DNA of 64,000 nt from Lama glama. Lineage: Eukaryota. The DNA is taken from NCBI GenBank assembly GCA_028534125.1, contig CM052832.1, positions 17,610,001 to 17,674,000 on the forward strand. The letters run 5' to 3'. Below, in pieces: positions 24,252 through 39,690 of this stretch (its first letter is position 1; the number at the start of each line of letters is the position of its first letter). The position numbers were made by a program, and so were the translations under genes. Below the pieces are notes generated by a model. The model was not told the origin of the DNA and did no database searches. It saw only the letters and a list, made by a program, of their open reading frames with translations.

Positions 24252-25029
24252 CCCAGCTTCAGGCTGCTCTCTCTATCCTGGAGAACTTTCTTTTGACTGC
24301 CCCCTCAGGGATACCCCTGAAAAGGTAGTAACAAGAATTACAGCAACCGTAATAATAATAGTAACAAGAATAAAAACAATAGCAACAGTCCTCTGTTGAG
24401 TTTATACATTTCCAATAATTACTATCCATTTTTTTCACTCCAAAGCAACTGTACAAAATGAGAAGACTGTTTTACAGAAGATGGCCAGTTAACATAGCAG
24501 AAATAACAGATTTGAAAAAAATCACCATTTTGTAGCCTTTGATGAAATCACTGATTCAATCAAAGACCACAAATGGGTGAAACCATTGGGGAAAGGAGTA
24601 GGGGAAAGAGGATAATCTCATAGTTTCCAAGAATCACCACACTTATTGCTTATGAATTACCAAGGGGAAAATGGAGATATTGGGCAGTCACAGGCTTAAT
24701 CAAATGAAACATAGCAACACCAACAGTAAGACAGCTGGCCTTGTGTCTTATCACTATGAAGGATTTTTATTAAAAATGTTTAACATGAATCTAATAATGA
24801 GGAAACTTTCTGATAAATCCAGAATGTCCAGAATGTCTAGAATGCAGCTTATCTACAACAGGCATGCACTCTTCAAATCAATTACATGAAAAATAAAAAG
24901 AGACTGTGTGGAAGATATTTTTCTAGATTAAAGACACACAGCAAAATGCAATATGTGAAACTTGCTCTTGAGTTTAAAAAAAGATACAAATATGTTTTCA
25001 AGAATTCAGAAATCTGAATACGAAAAAAT

Positions 25030-25562
25030 ATATAGACAAACTATGGCCCAGCAGACCAAACAGAGCCCAAAGCCCGTTTTTGAATATAAAGCTTTACTGG
25101 AATACAGATACACCCACTTGTTTAGATACTGTTTATATCTGCTTTCACAATACATTGGCAGGACCGAGTACAGCTGACCCTTGAACAACGAGGCGCTGAT
25201 CTCTGTGTAGTTGAAAATCCGAAAACTACTATCTCCGCCTCCAAAACAAAGGAACTGATAAATGAGCAAGGGTAGGAAGCTGAAACAGCTTGGATAGAAT
25301 CAGGACTCCAACTAGTTCTTTTGATTCCACATATTATGATCTCTAATCAAACATAAACTTTTAGTTAACACTTAATTAAAGATCTGTAAAATGAAAATAT
25401 AAGTACCATGTTTTAACTGAAAAAAATCCCATGTAAGCGGACCTATGTGGTTCAAACTCTCGTTGTGCAACGGCCAACTGTAGTCACCACAGAAATAATA
25501 TCATCTGCCAAGCTGAAAACATTCACTCTCAGGCCCTCTACAGAAAAAGTGTATAAATCCTG
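25030..25562. mobile_element. MER58-like hAT MITE interrupted by a Tigger-type MITE
   Basis: caaactatggccca...aaagctttactggaatacag on the left and aaaacattcactctcaggccctctacagaaaaagt on the right match recalled MER58 halves. Confidence 0.6.
25171..25480. mobile_element. Tigger2-like MITE (Tc1/mariner superfamily)
   Basis: Terminal inverted repeats cagctgacccttgaacaac and gttgtgcaacggccaactg, each flanked by TA (25169-70, 25481-82). Confidence 0.8.
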
Positions 25563-27373
25563 AGTTTTTTCTCAGGTGGGATACAGTTCTGTGGTCACAT
25601 GAGAGAATATCCTTATTCTCACGAGATGGTGCTAACACTTATTTTCAAATGTTTCAGAGGAAAAAAAAGTGTGTGTGCGAGCATATGTGGAGAGAGAGAA
25701 AGAACACAAATGTAGCAGGATGTTCACAACTGCTGCCATGAGGGGTGTACAGTATTAATTATCCTATTTTTTCAACTTTCCTATAGATTTGAAAGTTCTC
25801 AAAATGTTGAGAAAGATACGAAATAAATAAAATTGCTTATATGTTCATTAATTAAAGCCAATATCAGAATTAACCAAAAGAATGTAAGGATATGCATAGC
25901 TCATCTCATTTATTGTCTACCCTGTGCTGACTCTTAGTTGCTGGAGATGCAGAGATAAAAGAACTCCCTGGCCTCCAGAGCTCTCTGCTCCTCAAGAAAT
26001 CTCAAGTGAATAAGCAATTACATACAGTTCAGTGTATTAGGAGTCATAAGGAGGCAGATACAGCATGCTAGCAGAGCTCAGTGGTAAAATACCTAATTCC
26101 CAGTAGCAGGTCAGAAAAAGCTTCCTGGAAGTGAGTCCTTTTGATTCTTAAAAGACAAGTCAAAGTGAGGCAAGAAAATAGGGAAAGGGTTTTTCAGACA
26201 GAAAAGTGTGAGCACAGAGCTGCTGGGAAGCCTAGAAGTACCCTTCTGAGCAGTAGTCAGTTATGCCTGGGAAAAGGCTAAGTGGGGCTGGAACCCAGGG
26301 AAACACCTACATGTAAGGAAGAGAAGGGAGAAGGAACACCTGGAGAGGCAGGAGAACAAAGACAGTATACCCAGAAGACTGAGGACATCTGTTTCTGGGA
26401 GTGCGGAGCGGTGGTGAGAGCCTGGGCCTCAGACAGGCCTGGGTTCCAATCCAGCCCTGCCACTTACAGTGTGACCTGGGACAAGGTACTTATCCTCTTA
26501 GAGCTTCAGTTTACTCATTTGTAAAATGAAGACGATATCAAATTCACAAAGATGTTCTGAGGTAAATGAGATGATCGTTGTAAAGAATAGTAAATAATGG
26601 ATTTATAATTGGAATTATGAAGAGGCAGTGTTCAAGAGAGGGAAATGTTATAGGAAGGTGGGTTAACCTAAGACCTGACATATACACTTAATTAAAAAAC
26701 ACAGAGGTCACAGTGACAATTCTGTTTATGGGATAGGGAGAACAGTCAGCCAGTCATGTGAAAATGGGAAAATGGAAAGAGTAAGCAAAAATTACTCTTT
26801 CAAAAAATAAGATATTGAAAGGAAGGAGAGAAACAGGACATAAGCTAGGAGGAGGTAATGTAGAAGACAGGTATGTTTGTACCTTCAGTTACTATCTTTA
26901 TGCCAGTGATTTCCTTAATTTTCAGCCCAGGTGTCTCAAGAGTGTGAGATCTGTATTCCCTTCTGGCTAGCTATCTGGTACCTGGATACCTCACAAAAGC
27001 CTCTCAAACCCTGTCAAAGTAAACTTGGAGAATTCCACCATCATCCTTTGAAATACGCCCTTGAAAACGTGAGGATTTAGCGTTCTTGATTTTGTCTACT
27101 CCTGAGTGACTCTAAAGATGAGTGAAATAGCATCTGTCAACTGCTGACACACACTTTTGAATCAATATGCATGAGGCTCACTCAATTAGTGGCTGTGCCT
27201 GGCTAGGTTTCAACAGCTTGCTGTTACATATTATGGATGTGCATATAGTATCACTCCCAGTTGATACTTATTTTTCTTTGTCAAAAATGGACTAAAAATT
27301 TAAAAAGCCAATCCTGCAACTTTAATTCTCCAACTCTCTTCTCATTAGTGCCCATACACACTTCATGTCTCAG

Positions 27374-27890
27374 TGTAAAAGGGAAGAACAAAACTGACTC
27401 CGTATTAGATCTGTTCCTTTAGCTCTAACCCTGTGCTCTGTTTCCTGTGCTTAGTCATGCTCCTTCCACACCTTTTGTAAAAGAATGTTGCCTATAACCC
27501 GAAATACACAGGATAACCCATTCTCAAGGCTCTGACCTTCAAGGGTATAACACTTTCCCATTCATATAAAGATAAAAAGTTGAAGAATAGAAAATAACAT
27601 TTGTCTTGTTGGAGGTTTATAGGGACACCTTGACCTGACCTATCTGTACAGCTGCAAGAACAAAGGATTCCAATATCAAGAAGTCTGTAACAACCAACCA
27701 CAACCCCTCCCCTTTTTAGTACAAAAAGAGCCTAACCTCTGGCTTGGGGAAGATGGTTCTCCAGGACATTAGTCTGCTATCTTCTCGGTCTTCTGGTTTT
27801 CCAAATAAAGTTATTCCTTGCCCCAACACCTTGTCTCTAGATTTATTGGCCTTTTGTGCGGTGAGCAGAACGAGTTTGGATTCAGTAACA
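27374..27890 (+). mobile_element. Solo ERV1 LTR (MER41-like) in ZSCAN26 intron 1, antisense to the gene
   Basis: Starts tgtaaaagggaagaacaaaactgactcc, has AATAAA near 27804 and ends ggattcagtaaca. Family name is from recall. Confidence 0.8.
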
Positions 27891-28779
27891 GCAACACAGT
27901 AAAATAAATCAGCACAACTATTCAATGTATTTTACTTGCATTAATGCATTTAATCCTCACCTATCCTAACCTCAATGAAGTACATACTATTATTAACCTC
28001 ATTGTACAGAGAAGGAAACTGAGATAGTGTTAAATAACTTGCACAAGATCCCCAAAATTGAACCTTAGATCTTTCCTCTATTTCTGGCAGCCACAGGCCA
28101 AGAACCTTGGATTTATCTTTGTTTTCTCTCCTACTTTCATACTCCACATCTGATCCAACAGCAAATCCTGCCAGCTCTACTTTCAAAACAGTTCATTAGT
28201 CTGTTACTAGCCACTTCTACTATAATACTAGACCAAGATATTCTTATCTCCTACCTGAATCACTTTCAAGAGCCTCCCAACTTAAGTTTCCCTGATTCCA
28301 CTCCTGCCTCCCTACAGTCTTCTCATCATGCCTTTCCAGCTATAGATGCTTTAAAACATAAGTCAGATGTTTTTCGTCTGCTCAAAATTTTTCGAAAACT
28401 CTTTTCACACCAACATATGATCAAATTCCTTACACAATACAATGCCCAATTTTCCCACAAGCCTCCTCCCACACCTACCACCCAATCTCTCTGAGATCAT
28501 CCTCTACACCTTCACCATGTTCACGTGCTCCGACCACTCCGGTCTCCCAGCTTTCCCTCGAATATGTCAGGCAAGCTCCCGCTTTAGGGCCTCTGTTGCT
28601 GTTCCCTCTGCCTAGAAATCTCGTGCCCTCCCAAGGCCACATAGGTCTCTTCACCTCCCTCAGGTTTCTGCTCAAATGTTACCTTCTAAGGCTTACCTTT
28701 AATACGTATTTAAAACTAAGCTCAATAGATGAAAAATAGGCAGCAAAAGGTTGCGCCTCGGTAACTACACCCACCACTT

Positions 28780-29160
28780 CATTTCTCTTCCAGGCCCCAG
28801 TATGAACGCCTCCCGCTCCCGCCCCCGTCCACACGGCCCCTTCTCCGCACTCTCACCTCCAGGGAATCAGCTGCTCCCCACCCACTGGCCGCAGTTCCTC
28901 CCCAACCGGGAGCACAGTCATCACTCACCTCACCAGGCGACCGGTAAGAAAAGTCCAACGCTCCTCAAGCGCCCTCTTCGCTCTTTGCGGAGCGCCTGAT
29001 CTCGCGCCGCGGCGCACTTCAGCATCCGCTCTAGGAATGCCGGAGGACCGCAGCTCGCTGGCCTCCTGCTCCCGCTTGCAATAGGAGACCCAAGTTCCAG
29101 CCCATGGGCTGAACGTTTTCTGAGTCCCACGGCTGGGAGGGGCGTCCACGTGTGAGCTTG
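28780..29160 (-). promoter_or_regulatory. ZSCAN26: CpG-rich ZSCAN26 promoter and non-coding exon 1
   Basis: CpG cluster; minus-strand donor GAG|gtgagt at 28929; E-box cacgtg near 29147. Confidence 0.75.
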
Positions 29161-30687
29161 GGTTGGTGTTTGAGGTTTTGTTTGTTTGTTTCACTTTTAA
29201 GCCGAAATCCGTTTTATTTATGTAGAAACAGGCCAGCTCAGTTTAGTGTTGTCACAAACAATCGGCATTCCCACTTTGCTCACTCACATAATTAAAATAC
29301 AGACACATATTTTACCATTTCTCTCCAATTTAAAAAAGTCATTAAATACAGTGGCAAAAATAAATGTCAAAGTATTTTGAAGATTAACTGAACAATGAAC
29401 ATATATTTGTATTGAAAGTTTCAAGGTAATAAAAAATTGTCTACTACAATACTCTGCAATCGAAGATAGGGTTGGGTAGGGGTGCGGGGCATCAGATAGC
29501 ACCACCAAAATAAATTGTGCAGAAGAAAACAGAAATATTCCCTTTCTGATTCACCTCAAAACAAATAGAAATATTCCCTCTCTTATCCACCTCATCACAA
29601 ACTACTCCCCCTTTCAAACTCTTTACCCTGGCTGGCTTCTTAAGATTATTGATTGCATTGGATATCCCATGAAAATCAAAACCCTTTATGTTGCTTACTC
29701 CCTAAGCTGCTGATGGCTATGGGTAAGAAGCCTTCCCTTGTGCTACAGAACTTAAAACAAAAACAAAAACACACCACTATATACCCATTAGGACCCCTTA
29801 TGCCAGTGGAGGAGTTTTATATTTTGAAAAACATTATTTTAGATAATTCCACAATCATAAAATGAGGCAGTTAATGATGTTGTATAAAGTTTATCAATTG
29901 TAAATTAATCAGCAGCAGCCTCACTAGTTTGCTTTCTTGGGCTGTTTCTCAGCATTGAGTAAAACTCAGCATAACTCTGGTGGTTAAGACCACCTGTTTG
30001 ATCTCTTCAACTTCCTCCTGGAGCAGAGTTTAATACTAAAATGATTCTGATGGTTTCTTGAACCTAAAGATGACACAATTTTTTGTTGTGCTAGGTTTTT
30101 TCTATTCCACAACCCATAACCACATACTCTAAGTGAAAATGCTTAAAAAAAGAAAAAGTTGTTTTAACTCCTTCTTTTTGGCTCCCTGAGACCAAAGCGA
30201 CCACAAATTCCAACCCTCAAAATCTCTTTTAAGGCAGATTTACTGGCCAGGTTCCTCTCTAACAGGAGCATTAAACAGCAAGCTAAGGAAAAGGACAGCA
30301 CAAAACACTGTCACCAGAACTCTACTGAGGGCATTACACTTACTATTTGTTGCATTGTGTGTATTTTGTCTTTTTGAACAAGAAGCCCACCAATCTTACC
30401 TTGGTCTACTTAGAAGCTATAGTTTCTCAGCTATATCTTTTCCCCAGGTACGAAAGACAAAGATATTTAAGTGTATGGCTAGTGTTAGCGCCTCTTTTGC
30501 AGCCTCAAAGGGCAATTATGATCAAATGTTTCCCCAAAAAGCGATTCAAAAGCCAAATAAGAGGAGAAAATATCCTCAAAATATGTAATAAGGAACTAAT
30601 TTATTTATTATTTGAAGAGTTCTTATGATCAATAAGAAAATGACCAACAACCCAGTAGGAAAATGGACAAAGGTTATAATGTGGGTA

Positions 30688-30690
<3 letters not shown>

Positions 30691-30726
<36 letters not shown>
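30691..30726. repeat. (CA)n microsatellite within an old L1 fragment
   Basis: Read directly; flanks resemble a decayed L1 ORF2 end (NNPVGKWTK, HIRLAKIK). Confidence 0.9.
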
Positions 30727-30727
<1 letters not shown>

Positions 30728-32827
30728 GGTACAAAAGACTCACACATATATGTATACATATGTACATATATATGAAAGTATGCTCAACCTTACTCTTATT
30801 TACAGAAAATAAAATAAAAAAATGCCATTTTCATATCAGATTGGCAAAGATCAAAAGGTTTAGAAACACAATACTGGTAGGTGAGTGTGTAAACTGGTGC
30901 ACGTTATTTGGAAGGCAATGTTGCAATATCTATTAAAATTTAAAAGCACATAGAGCTGAATATGACATTCTTAGACTTTCTCTGACCACTCTATCAAAAA
31001 TTACATTACTATCTCTAGCTTGTTTTCTTCATGGCATACTATAATTTATAATTATTTGTCTGTTAGCTATTTAAAGCCTATCTCTCCCAGTACAGTGTAA
31101 AAATCTATGATGGCAGAGATCAAGTCTAACTTACTCTTTGGTTTATCCCTAATACCTGCCATAGTGCCTAACACATAGAAAGCATCTAATAAATACCTTC
31201 CCTTTGATCCAATAATTTCACTTCTACACGGCCATTTTTAGATGACCCAAAGGATTATATTTGATCCAATAATTTTACTTCTAAATGAGTGTTCTACAGA
31301 TAATACACTCAGACATCTGCAAAGATTTTCACTATAGTATTGTGTAATTGCAAAAATGGAAAACATCTTAAACATCTTAAAATATAAAATATGTTCTTCC
31401 ATATGATTGAATATTATAAAGTCACTAAAAAGAATGAGATAGATTTATATGCATTGATATAAAGCATCTCCCAAGATATATTGTTTAGTAAAAAGATGTA
31501 GATCCATCTGTGTAGTGTGGTATGGTTTGTTTCTAAAAATGGAAATATACACATGTAATAAGGTGGCTTTCACTCAATGCTCTTTGGGGAAAATCTCAAG
31601 CTAGTGTGGTCCAGTTCAATCAAATCACATACTGGGGAAAAAGTGCCCATCTACATCTCTCTGACCTGCCAGATTATGGAACCCCTTCACTGTTAGCTCT
31701 ATGGGCTTACCAGGGTCTTAAGCCTTGAAAAGGGGCTTAAACAAATTAGATGGTCTGATTGTACTGAAATCTCAGGATTTAGGCAGATGTCACTGGATGA
31801 CAACAAAGACTTTATCATGGACCATGAGTGGAGCTCACTGTCTCCTCCAGCACTGGTGTTAGCCAGTTTTTCAACACTAACTCTCTTGTCCACGTGGTCC
31901 CTCCTGAGCTTATCTCCTTTTCATGAGCTCTATCAACTGCCTCCTCCTTGATAACTTCTCATTTTTTTCTTTCTCCTCTTGTAGATCCAGGGGTAGGCCA
32001 TTCTATTTCCCTGGCAACACCACCTTTTCTAAGGGGAAACATGTGACCTAAGCAAATCCAAATTAGGCTGAGTCTCAGCATTTTGTTTACAATATCAAGA
32101 CAAAAATGCTCTTTCTCTCTTCATAGGTTTACTAGGAAATATAGAACCAAACTCAGGAGCTTTGGCAGCCTTTTTATTATTTAAGGGAAACCTGCCTAGA
32201 AAGCAAAATGATCCACATAGAAGACAAAATCTTACTAAAACCATGCAGGGAACCTGTCCTCCTGCTGGACTTCTCAGTTACATGAGCCAGTAAATCTCCT
32301 CTAATTTTAAACTCAGTCTGTTAAATGAAAAACAGAAGTATACACTCAATAGATACACTCAATACTTTGCTCTTTCTGAGGTTCTTCTGGTTCTCCCTAG
32401 GGAAATGAATGGCTCCATGAGGCAATGAAGCCCTCAAAGAGAGAAAAGTCAGAGCAACAGGGGGAGAAAAAAAAAGAAACTTCAGGTTAACAGCTCCAAC
32501 CTTCTTGTGCAACATATATACACAAAACTTATGGGCAGATACATAAGATGCCAAAAAGAGATTTCTTTGGGTAGAAGGATCAGGGGACTGGAGTAAAAGA
32601 CTCACATTTTACTGACTCTCCTCTTGTAGTATTTGAATATTTAAACCATGTTCACATATTACTTTTTAACTTAAAAATAACAAAAAATAAATAAATTGCT
32701 GAAGAGATCTCAAAAAGCAGCTTCTTCTTGAGGAACTCACTGACATAGTAGGTATAGTAGCACCAGAAACTTTTAATTTTGGTCATATAAAATTGTTGTT
32801 AAAAGTCCTGCTACAGAATAAAAGTCC

Positions 32828-34270
<1,443 letters not shown>

Positions 34271-34574
34271 GGATTTACAGTCCCCATCCTGAGCCTTGTG
34301 GGAACACAGAGAAATTCGCATCAGTGAACCCCTCTACTTCAAACACTCCATTCTCTACCTGATTATCTGCCTTCAACCAGCTTGATGGTTACCTTTCTCT
34401 CCTCTCATACTCATTTTTACCCCTTTGTGAAGTTTCCCTACTTCTCACCTTCTCTTGTTTACCCCTTAAAAAAGGAGTTTGTCCACCATCTTCATGGCAA
34501 AGCTACCTGTTAAGGACTACCAAATCCCACTTGGAAGCAAAAAACAGAATTTTTTTTTAAATCAAAATTTGAGT

Positions 34575-36866
34575 TCAGCCTAAACATCGCATCAACAAAA
34601 GAGAGAGCAAAAACCACATGATCATCTCAATAGATATAGAAAAAAATTTTTCATAAAATTCAACATCCATACATGATAAAATATGCGAACATAATATGCA
34701 ATGGTGAAAAATTGAAAGCCTTCCTGCTAAAATCTGGACAAGACAAGGATACCCACTCTCACCACTGCTATTCAACACAGTATTGGAAGTCCCAACTACA
34801 GCAACCAGGCAAGAAAAAGAAATAAAAGGGATCCAAATTGGAAGGGAAGAGGTAAAATTGTCACTATATACAGATGACATGATGCCATATATAGAAAACC
34901 CTAAAGACTCCACACAAAAAATGCTAGAGCTGATAAACAAATTCAGCAAGGTAGCAGGATACAAGACTGATACACAGAGATCTGTTGCATTTCTTTACAC
35001 TAACAATAAAATATCAAAAAAAGGAAAGGAAAAAAAATCCCTTTTAAAATCACAACAAAAAATAAAATAAAATACTTAGGAATATCACCACCTTGACTAA
35101 GGAGGTGAGACTTACAGGCTGAGAATTATAAAAAATTGATAAAGGATGTTAAAGGTGATTTAAAGCAATGGAAAGATATCCTATGCTCTTGAATTGGAAG
35201 AATTAATATTGTTAAAATTGCCATACTACCTAAAACAATCTATAGATTTAATGACAGCCCTATCCAATTACCCAGGACCCTTTCCACAGAACTAGAACAA
35301 ATAATGCTAAAATTTATATGGAATCACAAAAGACCCAGAATTTCCAAAGCAATACTGAAGGAAAAGGAAGCTGGAAACATAACCCTCCCAGACTTCAGAC
35401 AATACTACAAAGCTACAGTAATCAAAACAGTGTGGTACTGACACAAAAACAGGCATATGGATCAATGGAACAGAATAGAGAAGCCAGAAATAAATGCAAT
35501 TTTAACAAAGAAGGCAAATATATACAACGGAGAAAAGACAGTATCTTTGGCAAGTGGTATTGGGAAAGCTGGACAGCCACCTGTAAATCAATGAAGTTAA
35601 AACACTCCTTCACACAACACACAAAAATAAACTCAAAATGGCTTAAAGACTTAAATATAAGACATGACACCATAAAACTCCTAGAAGAGAACATAGGCAA
35701 AACATTCTCTGACATAAATCACAGCAGTGTTTTAAGTCAGTCTCCCAAGACAATAGAAATAAAAGCAAAAATAAGCAAATAGGACCTAATCAAACTTATA
35801 AGCTTTTGCATAGCAAAGGAAATCATAAACAAAATGATAAGACAACCTACAGACTGGGAGAAAATATTTGCAAATAAAAAGACTGATAAGAGCTTAATTT
35901 CCAGAATATACAAACAGCTCATAAACTCAATAACAAACAAAACAAACAACCCAATCAAAAAATGGGCAGAAGAGCTAAACAGACATTTCTACAATGAAGA
36001 CACACAGATGGCCAATAGGCACATGAAAAGATGTTTAATATCATTAATTATCAGAGAAATGCAAATCAAAACTGCTATGAGGTATCACCTCACATGGTCA
36101 GAATGGCCATCACTAAAAAGTCCACAAATGACAACTGTTAGAGAGGGTGTGGAGGAATGCAACCCTTCTATACTGTTGATGGGAATGTAAATTGGTGCAG
36201 CCACTATGGAAAACAGTATGAAGATTCCTTAAAAAGCTAAAAACAGAGTTAACATATGATCCAGTAATCCCAGTCCTGGGCATACATCTGGAGAAAACTC
36301 TAATCTGAAGTTACATGCACCCCAATATTCGTAGCAGCACTATTGACGATAGCCGAGACATAGAAGCAACCTAAGTGTCTATCAACAGATGATTGGATAA
36401 AGAAGGCGTGGTATATATGTACAATGGAATTCTACTCAGCCATAGATATGAGATAATGTCATTTGCAGCAATATGGGTGGACCTAGAGATTATCATGCTA
36501 ACTGAAGTAATTTAGGCAGAGAAAGACAAATATCATATAATATCACTTTTATGTGGAATCTTTAAAAGTGACACAAATGAACTTATTTACAAAACAGAAA
36601 CAGACAGACATAGAAAACAAACTTATGATTGTCAAAGGGGAAAGTGGGGGAAGGGATAAATTAGGAGTTTGGGATTAGTAGATACAAACTACTATATTTA
36701 AACTAGGTAAACAACAAGGTCCTGCTGTATGCCACAGGGAAATATATTCAGTATCATATAATAACCTGTAATGAAAAAGAATACGGAAAAGAATATATAT
36801 AGTATAACTGAATCTCTCTGCTGTACACTAGAAATTAAAATTGTAAATCAACTATACTAAAAAAAA
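34575..36866 (+). mobile_element. 5'-truncated decayed LINE-1 (ORF2 RT/C-terminal part plus 3' UTR)
   Basis: Frameshifted ORF2 pieces ([47 protein letters not shown]), then 3' UTR and an A tail at 36859-36866. Confidence 0.95.
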
Positions 36867-36869
36867 GGT

Positions 36870-37230
36870 ACTTGAATTGCATTCTGCTGAACTGCAAAAT
36901 GAGGGAGGCTTATTTAGGTAAAAACCACAGAGTTATATAAATTGTAAAGAATTAGGATTGGAGTTGGCAAGAAGTAAGGGTACTTGTTAAGCAAGAATTG
37001 GTTAGGGTTCAAAATAGACGCATAGTTACAAGGGGAGACCTCAAGACCAGAAAGTTGTGGCTAGCAGCTACCAGCAGGTATTATTTTGCGAATAGCTGGT
37101 GGTGCCCTTGGAGTTTGATATAGTTCAGAAAATTCAAGTTCCCAGTGATATAGGAACATGTCTGAAACCACATCCACAATGGCGACCCAGTTCTAATTTG
37201 GATGTCTGAACCACAGTTTCATATCTTGTC
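36870..37230 (-). mobile_element. Probable LTR fragment, possibly continuing at 34509-34575 and split by the L1
   Basis: The minus strand begins TGACAAGATATGAAACTG with LTR-like composition; no TSD confirmed. Confidence 0.35.
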
Positions 37231-38713
37231 AGAACAAAGAAGACACGTCAAACATGACAGGGGTATATTCCTTCAAGCTTTCAAAAGAGACAGATTAGCA
37301 CATACACAGCAAGTCAGCACGACCTTGATTCTGGGAAAGAACCCTCTTCTTCAAAGGAGTAACAGCACTAACATATAGGAAAGGGGTCATTTATTTCTAT
37401 CCTCAGTAAATGCATTCTTTTTTTTTTTTAATGGTTAAAGCAGATGTACATCGTATAAGTCAGAATGACTTCCCTGTATCTCAATAGGTAAACATTTCTT
37501 CCATCACCATCTACTATTACTATCCTCATTTATAGACTGGGAAAGTCAGGCACAGAAAGGTTAAGTAACTTACGAAAGTCACTCAGCTAGTAAGCCAGGA
37601 ATACAAACCCAGGTAACTTGGCTTGAGAGTCTATAGATCTAACTGCTATGCTAGACCATAAATGAGGGCTGGGAAGAAACAAGAAGAAAGAAAGCAGGAG
37701 ATCATGTGGTCCCTGATGCCACTAGATGTCCCTGATGTTTCTAGTGCCAGAACACTAGAGTGTTCTGGAAGTGGGGAGCCTGGGAAGCCTGGAAGCCTGA
37801 GAAGAAGCCATGGAAAATAGAAAGTGGTACCTGTTTGGGGGGAGGCAGGGAGAATCTCTAGTTATTTTTCCAGGAGCAACCACAGTGGCTTTGTTGGCAG
37901 TCGGCTGCCCTACAATGTGTAAAGGATGAATGGAAGGTGGGGACTAGAGTAAAAAATAGGAGGGTTTTCTTTCAAGTAGTTTGGCCTTGAAGGGGAGGAA
38001 AGAGAGTGGCAGTGGAGTGGGGCAAGGACCAGGGGTAACCACTGCTTTTTCCAAGCGAGTGCCCCGTGGTGCGTTCTGCTTTTTCGATGTTACTGAGAGA
38101 AAGGGAAGGTCCTCCTGCCTAGAGCTCTGAGGAAGCCCTGCTTTCTTTTGAATTTTAGTGGCCATTTTATGTCAGCTCTTCATTCAAGTTTACATGAGAA
38201 CACGGTGAGGGCCATAACAGCATCCTTACAGGATTGAAAGGTTTCGTCTTATTTCTGATGATACAGAGTCTGTCATCCTTTCTTTCTCCTTCCTCTAACT
38301 GCTTCCCTTGAGTGGAGGTAAGGATGTGGTTGCCAATGGGTTAACTTGGGGACAACCACCGAGAGGTGCTTCCTAGAGAGCCCAGGAAGCGGCTTCGATC
38401 CCCACTGAGGCTTCCTGTGCCCCAGCCTCAATTTTTCTCCAGCATCTGGAGGGTGTTCTCTCCTCACCGGGACATCCTTTGAGGATACATATTGTGGGAT
38501 TCAGGGAGGGGTGCAGTGAAGGACGCTGCAAAGGCACAGACTGCAGGGGGCAATCTGTGAAGTTGCGCCCCAGGGGTGCCCTGGGCCCCTGGACACGCGG
38601 AAGGGGACCACTTGCAGTTTTACAGACTAACAGTGACTTCCCACCTTTCAAGAATTTTTCAAAGAAATACAGCTCCCAGCTAGAGCGAGGCCCGAGTACT
38701 GCCTTGATCCAGG

Positions 38714-39136
38714 ATGGCCAGGGAATCGAAGGAAAGTACAGCCTTGGATGCCCAGTCTGCAGAGGACCAGACGGGGATCTTGATGGTGAAGGTGGAGAAG
38801 GAGGAAGCCTCCGCCTTGGCTGCAGAGGCGGGAGCGGCCGGCAGCCCGGCTCCCGGCCCCGAGCACTTGCGCCAGCGCTTCCGAGGCTTCCGCTACCCGG
38901 AGGCTGAGGGGCCCCGCGAGGCGCTGAGCCGGCTCCGGGAGCTCTGCCGGCTGTGGCTGCGGCCTGAGATGCACAGCAAGGAGCAGATCCTGGAGCTGCT
39001 GGTGCTGGAGCAGTTCCTGACCATCCTGCCTGGGAACCTGCAGAGCTGGGTGCGGGAGCAGCATCCGGAGAGCGGGGAGGAGGTGGTGGTGCTCTTGGAA
39101 TATTTGGAGAGGCAGTTGGATGAGCCGATGCCGCAG
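38714..39136 (+). CDS. ZKSCAN4: ZKSCAN4 first coding exon, SCAN domain
   Basis: [21 protein letters not shown]...[17 protein letters not shown]...[19 protein letters not shown]; donor CAG|gttaga; CpG-rich. Confidence 0.95.
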
Positions 39137-39229
39137 GTTAGAGAGAACAGGTTTAGGATCTGAAAGCTGATCTGTTTCTTTCTGAAATTTCAAGATCGGA
39201 GCCAGGGGCATTTCTTTAAGTTCCAGAAA

Positions 39230-39690
39230 TTGTCAGTCTCTTTTTGTACTATAAACCTCTTTGGCAGTAAGTTGAAGTCCTTGGACTCCTTCTCAATAGT
39301 ATTTTTAAATACAAAAGAACTCAATTATATTGAAATACGGTGAGCAAACCATTAAATGAATGATAAAGTTACATACGTGCTATTTAAAATTAATGCACTA
39401 AATAGTAAGATCTAGGGATAGGCCTAATAACTCTAGTATAATTTCAAAGTGATGATGAATGACTTTGACAGTTACCTGGTTGTAATGTGGTATGAAAACA
39501 TCTGCAGTTTCTATTGGTGACAGATTCCTGTGTACTGCTAATAACACCTTGGTTTGTTGCTTCCATTCATAATTGAAGGAAATGCTAAATATTGCTTAGG
39601 GACTAGTGAAAATAAAGTTACTTTTCCTATTCACATTCATGGAATACTTGGGAGGGAGTTGGTGGACCATAAGTTAGAAACTCATTGGTT
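39230..39690. mobile_element. hAT-Charlie-like DNA transposon fossil
   Basis: cctctttggcagt...gaagtccttggactccttctca and caattatattgaaata resemble recalled Charlie4-type sequence. Confidence 0.45.
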
